Shown here piece after piece: positions 56,592-64,000 of a DNA stretch of 64,000 nucleotides. Numbering within the stretch: the stretch's first letter is position 1; every line of letters starts with the position of its first letter. The notes beneath the pieces were generated by a model. That model made no database searches, was not told where the DNA came from, and saw only the letters and a list, made by a program, of their open reading frames with translations. The stretch covers positions 13,578,001 to 13,642,000 of the forward strand of contig OX597815.1 in assembly GCA_951406725.2 (NCBI GenBank), given 5' to 3'. The stretch is from Octopus vulgaris (lineage: Eukaryota). Made by a program: the position numbers and the translations under genes.

Positions 56592-57191
56592 TATTATGAT
56601 AGGTTACAAAGTTCTTGTTAGAGTAGCATATTCATGATGTAATTCAGAATCTAATAAAATTATCCCCATTAACACGCAAATATCTAACAGTCGCACTATG
56701 AAATTCATGTACTCAACCATCAGAATATTGGCTGAAATTATGGTGGCATATGACACTGGTAAATGAAAAGAATTATTAACATGGGTTCAGTCAACAGATA
56801 TACTACTGCTACTACTACAGATGCTTTTTCAGTTTTTATTTTCAATTTTTAACTTTACTGAATACAATTTATTTTAATTCTATATTAAAATAGATTACAA
56901 AGTTCTTGTTGAGGCAGCGTATTCTTGATACACATGAGGATGTAATTATATGACAAGTATCAGATTAAGTTGCCTTTGATTTACTTTAATCTCCTTTATT
57001 TAGAATTTTATTTAAAATTTGAAATAGCTTAATCAGATCAAATTCCTATTAATTAGGAATACTATTTTTCATAAAAAATATATGGTATTCTTAGAGGAAA
57101 TGGGATATTAGACTTAATGAATACCATCTTGTCTAATATTTTCTCTCTAGAATTCACATTAAATGAGACATTCTTAGTTTATATGTTGTAT

Positions 57192-57299
<108 letters not shown>

Positions 57300-57433
57300 C
57301 AAAATCATCAGCCCTCTTCCACACACACATACATACTCTATTATACACACGCACGCGCACCTTTTTGGGGAACCACCACCACCACTTTATCTCCCCTTCT
57401 CCCTAGGTTTCCTGTGAGACCCTTCTGTCCGGC

Positions 57434-57628
57434 ATTCACCATGATAGATCGCTAGCCACTACATATTCTTTATTTTTTGCTCTTGTTTCTCTCTGTGGTC
57501 CTTTCTTTGGAAGAGCGTAGACTCGAAACGTTAAAGACTTTTTCACTTCCTGTACGTCATACTACTATATCTTTTTGATGTCTACACCACCTGTTTTCGT
57601 GTTTTGTTTCTATTGTGTATTCTCCACA
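57434..57628 (+). mobile_element. PLE-type short repeat with degenerate hammerhead (family of 49320-49506)
   Basis: attcaccatgatagatcgc..ggaagagcgtagactcgaaacgttaaagac. Confidence 0.7.
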
Positions 57629-57638
57629 CACACACACA

Positions 57639-57705
<67 letters not shown>

Positions 57706-57939
57706 ATAGCTCAGAGAAATCCAAAAGATTGTGCTGAAAAGTACAGCCAACATCCTTAGGAAAATCTATCAATTTCAATGTGTGTTTAAATGTACATGAA
57801 TATATTTAGCTAACGCCCCATGCCGCTACCCTCAATAATCTTTCCGTCATACTGTAATATCTCTTATTCTGCACTTGCTATGGGACGCTGGGAGTGTCTC
57901 AGTGAGTGATTGTCACAAAGAAGGAGATGAAAAGCAAAT

Positions 57940-57952
57940 AAAATAATAATAA

Positions 57953-57996
<44 letters not shown>

Positions 57997-58008
57997 GTAA
58001 TAATAATG

Positions 58009-58063
<55 letters not shown>

Positions 58064-58079
58064 ATAATAATAATAATAG

Positions 58080-58161
<82 letters not shown>
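57940..58161. repeat. (AAT)n array
   Basis: Direct reading. Confidence 0.95.
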
Positions 58162-58162
<1 letters not shown>

Positions 58163-60921
58163 TTGTGTGACCAAGCTAGAGCTTTCAGGAAAATGAATGG
58201 CTATCTCCAGTTGAAGAAGAAAGCATTAAGATACGGGTGCTTAGGGGTGGCAATACCAGCGGTGACCGGAAGAATGAGGAAGAGAATGCAGATAGCGAAA
58301 TTATGACTGTGGAGTTCAACGAAGAAAACGAGCATAAGGCTAAGATTATTAATCGGGAAAGCAATGAGAAAATGGAGGAACAAATATCCATTTTAAACGA
58401 AATCATTGATGTTTGGACTTCCGGGCAGTGGAGCTTTCATACGGGGTTTAAAAAAAAGGAGACAGAAAGAATCTCGATGAATGGATCAGAATGATAAATA
58501 ACATCACTGGTGATATCAGGACTGACAAGATCAAGGACGCCAACAATCTGATAAATGCAATCTCGATCTTTATAAAGCGGAAGTCAGGTTTCAAAGCCCA
58601 AAGTTAAATGTTAACATAACTTGAAGGAACCATGGTGGAAAAGGAGGATAAAAAGGTCTATTAATGAGACCAGAAAGCATATTGATATTTTGGAACGGGA
58701 AAAGGGGAAATGAAGTTCAGTAAGAGAAATATGTTGAGCCAGAGAGGAAGTATAAGGTGAAGAGAAAGGGAATCAATGTTGTGATTGAAGAATTAAAACA
58801 GAGGTTGAAAGCTAAAGCACATAAACTGGAGAGATATGAACAACTACTTCAGCAGTAAAGATTAAACAGACTTTTCAAACAAACGCAGAAACGAGTCTAT
58901 CAGGAACTGGATGGGAAAGAAAAAGTTGATAAAGCCGTGCTGGATGCTGAAGAAGGCAAAAGATTCTGGTACATCATATGGTCTAAGGAGAAACAACACG
59001 AAACTGAAACAGAAGTGGTTAAAGACACTCACAGAGGAAAGTGGAGTGCATCAGTAAGTTAATTTGAGAATACACGTGGAGATGATTAGAGATGAGTGCA
59101 GGAAAATTCGTAGCTGTGGAGCGGCTGGCTCAGATGGGATTCAGAACTTTTGGCTTTTAAAATACTTGACAGCTCTGCAAAGGAAAATTGCGAGATAATT
59201 CCACAAAATACTGAGTAATGATATCCAAGTACCGACCTGAATGAAAAAAGTAAGAACGGTACTATTCCAAAAGGACCCAAATAAAAGGAACGCTGTTGGA
59301 AATTTCCAAGCGATATATTGGTTGCAACTGATGTGGAAACTGATGACGGACATTATAGCAAACAGCATCTATAAGTACCTAGATAAGAACGATCTACTAC
59401 CAGTGGAACAAAAAGGTGGAGTCGTAAGATCAAAGAACGGAAGAATCAATAACTAATCGATAAGCCCATCTTGGCTGATTGCAGGATGAGACACACAAAT
59501 TTTGGAATAGCATCGATGGACTACATGAAAGCATATGACCTGGTCCCACTCTCGGGAATTATTGAATGTCTTAAACTGCTTAAGGTCTCACACAATATCC
59601 TGAAGTTAATACAAAGCTCAATGACAATGTGGCGAACTGAACTCACAGCATAGGGAGATTAGCTGAGATACGTAAATATCAATACAGGAATCTTTCAAGG
59701 GAACAGTCTGTCGCATTTTCTATTTGTTTTCTGCATACTGCCACTAACTAACGTTTTAAGAAAGATGCGTTAGGGGTACATGCTAGACATGATGAAAGGA
59801 AACAACCTCTGGTTGATGGATTAACTAAATCTATTCGCTAATGCTGAGAAAGAAATTGAGAGTTTGACAGAAACTGTACAAAGGATTAGCAAAGATATTG
59901 CCATGGAATTTGGATAGAGAGATATATGAAATGATTCTCAAAAAGGGAACGATCAAGAAAAGCTAAGGGATGAAGCTACAACATGCGAAACTATAAAAGA
60001 TGTCGGCGAGGTGGGATATAAGTACATGGGTATCATTGAAAGAGATAAGATAAATGAATGCAAGATGAAAGAAATGTACAGTAATGAGTATTTGTGGCTT
60101 GTGCTGCAATCGAAGCTAAATGACCGCTATACGATTAGATCAATTAACACGTGGGTAGTTGCTTTGCTGAGTTTACGGGGCAGGAATAGTATCTTCGAAG
60201 AAGCATGAATTACAAGAGATAGACCGTAGAATAAGTAAATTAATGACAATGAACAAGTAACTACACCCCAAGTGTAATGTGTCAAGATTGTATGTAAATA
60301 GGAAAAGAGGACTGGGATTGGTGTGATGCGAAGGTTGAGTAAGGAAAGAGAAGAATAGGTTGGCTTGGTATGTCAAGGGGAATAGAGAAGAAATGATTGA
60401 AGCAGTGAAGAAGCTGGAAACCTTAAAAGTGAACGAAGCCGTAGATCCAATACAATTTAAGACAAGAGAGAACAGATGAAGAAAATTTGGCAGTATAAAA
60501 ATATGCACCGTCAGTTCGTGAAGAATAGAGATAAAATTCATTGGAATAGATCCTGGCAATGGCTGCAGAAAGGAGACTTAAAAGGGCCCACTGAGGCATC
60601 AGTGTGAAGCGCTCAAGAACGAGCTCCCAGAACAAAATACTCCAAATATCACATTGATAAAAGCACTGTCTCACCACAGTGTACGATGTGCTTTGAGAAG
60701 GGAGAAAGTATAAGCAATATTGTTAGTGGGTGCTGTAAACTCGCACAAGGCGATTACAATAGAAGACACGACAATGTAGCCAGATATGTCTATTGGCTGT
60801 TGTGCGGAAAGCAAACATCGAGAAAGCCGAACAAAGGTATGAACAAAAGCCAGACGGAGTAATAGAAAACGAACATTACAAAATACTCTGTAATCTTAAC
60901 ATGCAGTGCGAGCAAGTTACA
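58162..60921 (+). mobile_element. Long decayed R4/Dong-type retrotransposon
   Basis: EPWWKRRIK, VEQKG, MDYMKAYDLVP, GIFQGNSLS, YKYMG, C.MC..KGESISNIVSGC, RRHDNVA; many stops; (AAT)n at both ends. Confidence 0.9.
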
Positions 60922-60984
60922 CAATAATAATAATAATAATGAGGAGGAGGGGAGGGGGAGGGGGAGGATATCAGGCACTGGCTC

Positions 60985-61290
60985 TCGTGACATTTGATCT
61001 TAACTGATTGGTAGTGATATCATGTATATTGTTTTGTCATGGTATAAAGGATGGGTTACTACAAATATTCTGCTCAATATCACAGATTTGCTTGTCTGTT
61101 GCTTGACCTTAAACAGTTGAGCATGTCCTTTGTTCACTGACGATATGTGCATCGCTGAAGATGGGTAGAAGTAGTTGGGGAGCATTATAGCCATGTGTTG
61201 AGAGGAATTCTTTGCGGTTTGGATAATTCACCTCTGGAAACATGAGTGTTTTGTTCAACATCCTCAAACAACTCTTATTCAGGGACCATT
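60985..61290. mobile_element. Fragment of an interspersed repeat, probably a SINE with a conserved central domain
   Basis: cacagatttgcttgtc also occurs at 9603-9620; family assignment from recall only. Confidence 0.45.
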
Positions 61291-61351
61291 TAATTGGGAT
61301 GGATTACCACTATCGGTGACACCTTCGTAGCATGCACTGCTCTTTCATTCA

Positions 61352-61400
61352 GTAATAATACTACTACTAATAATAATAGTAATAATAATAATAATAATAA

Positions 61401-61431
<31 letters not shown>

Positions 61432-61567
61432 AAGGAGAATAAAAAGAAGAAGAAGGAGAAGGAGGAGGAGAAGAAGAAGAAGAAGAAGAAGAAGAAGAAG
61501 AAGAAGAAGAAGAAGAAGAAGAAGAAGAAGAAGAAGAAGAAGAAGAAGAAGAAGAAGAAGAAGAAGA
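61352..61567. repeat. (AAT)n then (AAG)n array
   Basis: Direct reading. Confidence 0.95.
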
Positions 61568-61585
61568 ATGCCGATGATGATGCAT

Positions 61586-62010
61586 TACCGGAAAAGGTAA
61601 TGGACGAAAAGGGGAAGGCATAAATCCTCTGGGTTCTAGATAGACAAGTCATTAGAGCTCCGACGGCCAGATATGGTAACCTTTAGGAGGGACAAACAAG
61701 AGTGCCTACTAATTGACGTGGCAGTGCGCGGAGATCAGCATATTAGAATGAAAGACAGAGAAAATATTGATAAATACGGAAACCGGAAAATTGACATCGC
61801 TAGGATGAGGCAGCTACGAGAGTCAAACATAAAGTTTATTCCTATTGTCATAGGAGCATTGGGTTCAATACCACCTAATCTGAAAATACGCATTTGAAAA
61901 CTTTAGAAATAACCTACAATGTGGGTGTATTGCGACAGTCGATATTACCTGGAACGGCACGAATATTGCGTCAAGTATTGCCTGTCTGAGGTCCTTGTTG
62001 TGATTTCAAT
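61586..62010 (+). mobile_element. R4/Dong-type RLE 3' fragment of another subfamily
   Basis: RPDMV..CLLIDVAVRGD..DKYGN..PIVIGALGSIP..GTARILRQVL*. Confidence 0.88.
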
Positions 62011-62036
62011 AACAATAAATAAATAAATGTAAATAA

Positions 62037-62420
62037 AGGCGCAGGAGTGGCTGTGTGGTAAGTAACTTGCCTACCAACCACATGGTTCTGGGTTCAGTCC
62101 CACTGCGTGGCATCTTGGGCAAGTGTCTTCTACTATAGCTTCGGGCCGACCAATGCCTTGTGAGTGGATTTGGTAGACGGAAACTGAAAGAAGCCTGTCG
62201 TATATATGGATATATATATATATATATGTATGTGTATGTATATGTTTGTGTGTCTGTGTTTGTCCCTCTAGCATTGCTTGACAACCGATGTTGGTTCGGC
62301 AAAAGAGACCGATAGAATAAGTACTGGGCTTACAAAGAATAAGTCCCGGGGGTCGATTTGCTCGATTAAAGGCGGTGCTCCAGCATGGCCGCAGTCAAAT
62401 GACTGACACAAGTAAAAGAG
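62037..62420 (+). mobile_element. Young SINE family B with TSD-like flanks
   Basis: Near-identical to 39113-39529; taaataaataaatgta on both sides. Confidence 0.93.
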
Positions 62421-62444
62421 TAAATAAATAAATGTATAAATAAG

Positions 62445-62970
62445 TAGGATATTCGGTTTAGAAAATGTGCCAAAGCAACCTCGAAAAGAAGAAAACTATT
62501 TAAGAGTAACAATATCGCACTAGATAAAAAAGATGAAAGAAGAGAATTAGACCCAAACTAGACATACAAATACTTAGGAACCAATGGAATACAAACGGTG
62601 CAACATAAACAGATGAAAGAGAAGGAAAGAAGGAAAGAAGGCGAGTTTGATTAGTACTTAGAACCGAACTAAAAACAAGATAACGGGTAAAATTATTCTA
62701 GTGGTCCTGTATAAATTGGTTACAATATTCTTAATTGGACACTAATTGAACTAACAAAACCAGACAAGAAAACAAGAAAAATTGACAGAAGTCAGAATGA
62801 GTTATTCAGAATCTGACATAGAATGTTTATATTTGCTACGAATTGCAGGCAGTAGGTACTTTTTACAACTAGACAATTACTATAAATTATGCAACTTAAG
62901 GATTATAGAAATATGTAAAGCAGAAGCAAGGTAAACTTATACAAACAACCACAAAGCAACAACAAATCAA
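62445..62970 (+). mobile_element. Decayed R4/Dong-type fragment (post-RT region)
   Basis: FGLE.CAKAT and ELDPN*TYKYLG; colinear with 34400-34920. Confidence 0.7.
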
Positions 62971-63015
62971 TCATCCTCTCAATCATCTATATAGATAGAT
63001 GTATAGATATATTTA

Positions 63016-63021
63016 TAGATG

Positions 63022-63057
<36 letters not shown>

Positions 63058-63130
63058 CATACATACATACATACATACATACATACATACATACATACAT
63101 ACATACATACATACATACATACATACATAG
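63016..63130. repeat. (GATA)n(CATA)n microsatellite
   Basis: Direct reading. Confidence 0.92.
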
Positions 63131-63450
63131 ATATGTTGACGCAAGGAAGATTCAATCGATGTAAAGTAATATATATATTCGTCCTGTTCTATTCTTATTT
63201 GTGTAACATCGTCCGTTTTTCCGTCCTTGTTTTGTATACATTCGAGGCTTTCTTCCAAGGAATCTAATGCGCTTGGCTTAGATATTCCTTTGGGGCTGGC
63301 CAGATTGGAGCAATCTCAAGATTAATCAGCCGAAATTGCGAGGATGATCCGGTTCTTGACTGAAGATTGAAGGCTTCGAATGTCCCGTCCGTGTTTTTTT
63401 GTATCGTTTTCTAAATGCTTTGCCTTCTTGTCCCAGTTTGTATTTATATA

Positions 63451-63502
<52 letters not shown>

Positions 63503-63507
<5 letters not shown>

Positions 63508-63700
63508 GCCATGCTGAAGCTGAAATTTACAAGATTTTGTCATTCTCTATTTTCTCGTATTCCTTTTCTCTTATTCCGTTCTGTTGTGGAGCGTAGGCTC
63601 GAAACATAAAAAGACTATTTCATTTTCCCTAGCCTGGAACTAATACTCTTGCTTGTTGTTCTTACAACTGTCTTCGTTTTTTTCTTTTATATAAAGTTCA
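63503..63700 (+). mobile_element. PLE-type short repeat with degenerate hammerhead (family of 49320-49506)
   Basis: attcgccatg start after (TA)n; gagcgtaggctcgaaac hairpin plus GAAA. Confidence 0.62.
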
Positions 63701-64000
63701 ACAATGTGCGTGTTGGTGCAAGGAATATTCAATCATTGTATGAGGTTATATATACTCATACACACATGATGATAATCCTCTCTTTTATACGTTGTTATAA
63801 TTGGTTATGACACGTATGAAACGTTGGTGTTTGTCCCGAAAGGAAATCATACATATAACCGATTTGTTATAATCTCTCATTCGCTTATTTTTGCATGTGT
63901 CTAGAATTCATACAATATTTATGAAAAGAAAGACGATTTATCATATACTTGGGATAAATTTTCCTAAAGATTTTAGATATCATCTGAATAAGAGTCAAAA

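Overview
This is eukaryotic, AT-rich, repeat-saturated DNA. The SINE and LINE families resemble those I know from coleoid cephalopods, probably Octopus (inference). I could not support any intact host protein-coding gene; nearly all ORF-track hits are microsatellite translations or decayed transposons. The window holds: (i) several R4/Dong-type RLE non-LTR retrotransposon fragments, mostly bordered by (TAA)n on their sense strand; (ii) decayed L1/Tx1-like and CR1/L2-group LINEs; (iii) Penelope-like element (PLE) remnants and about ten hammerhead-ribozyme (HHR) motifs from several families, some in inverted or palindromic pairs; (iv) mariner and maT-like transposase pseudogenes, Helitrons and MITEs; (v) modular tRNA-derived SINEs; (vi) many micro- and minisatellites and local direct or inverted duplications. 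The best leads are a U6 snRNA/SINE-tail chimera (5578-5680), a tRNA-like Pol III head fused to a hammerhead ribozyme (15524-15740, duplicated with a mariner), complete minimal hammerheads in palindromic or long-stem form (21467-21618, 36395-36502), and a SINE-LINE partner pair visible within one locus (38820-40380). All calls were made by eye, with no database search; boundaries of decayed elements are approximate.
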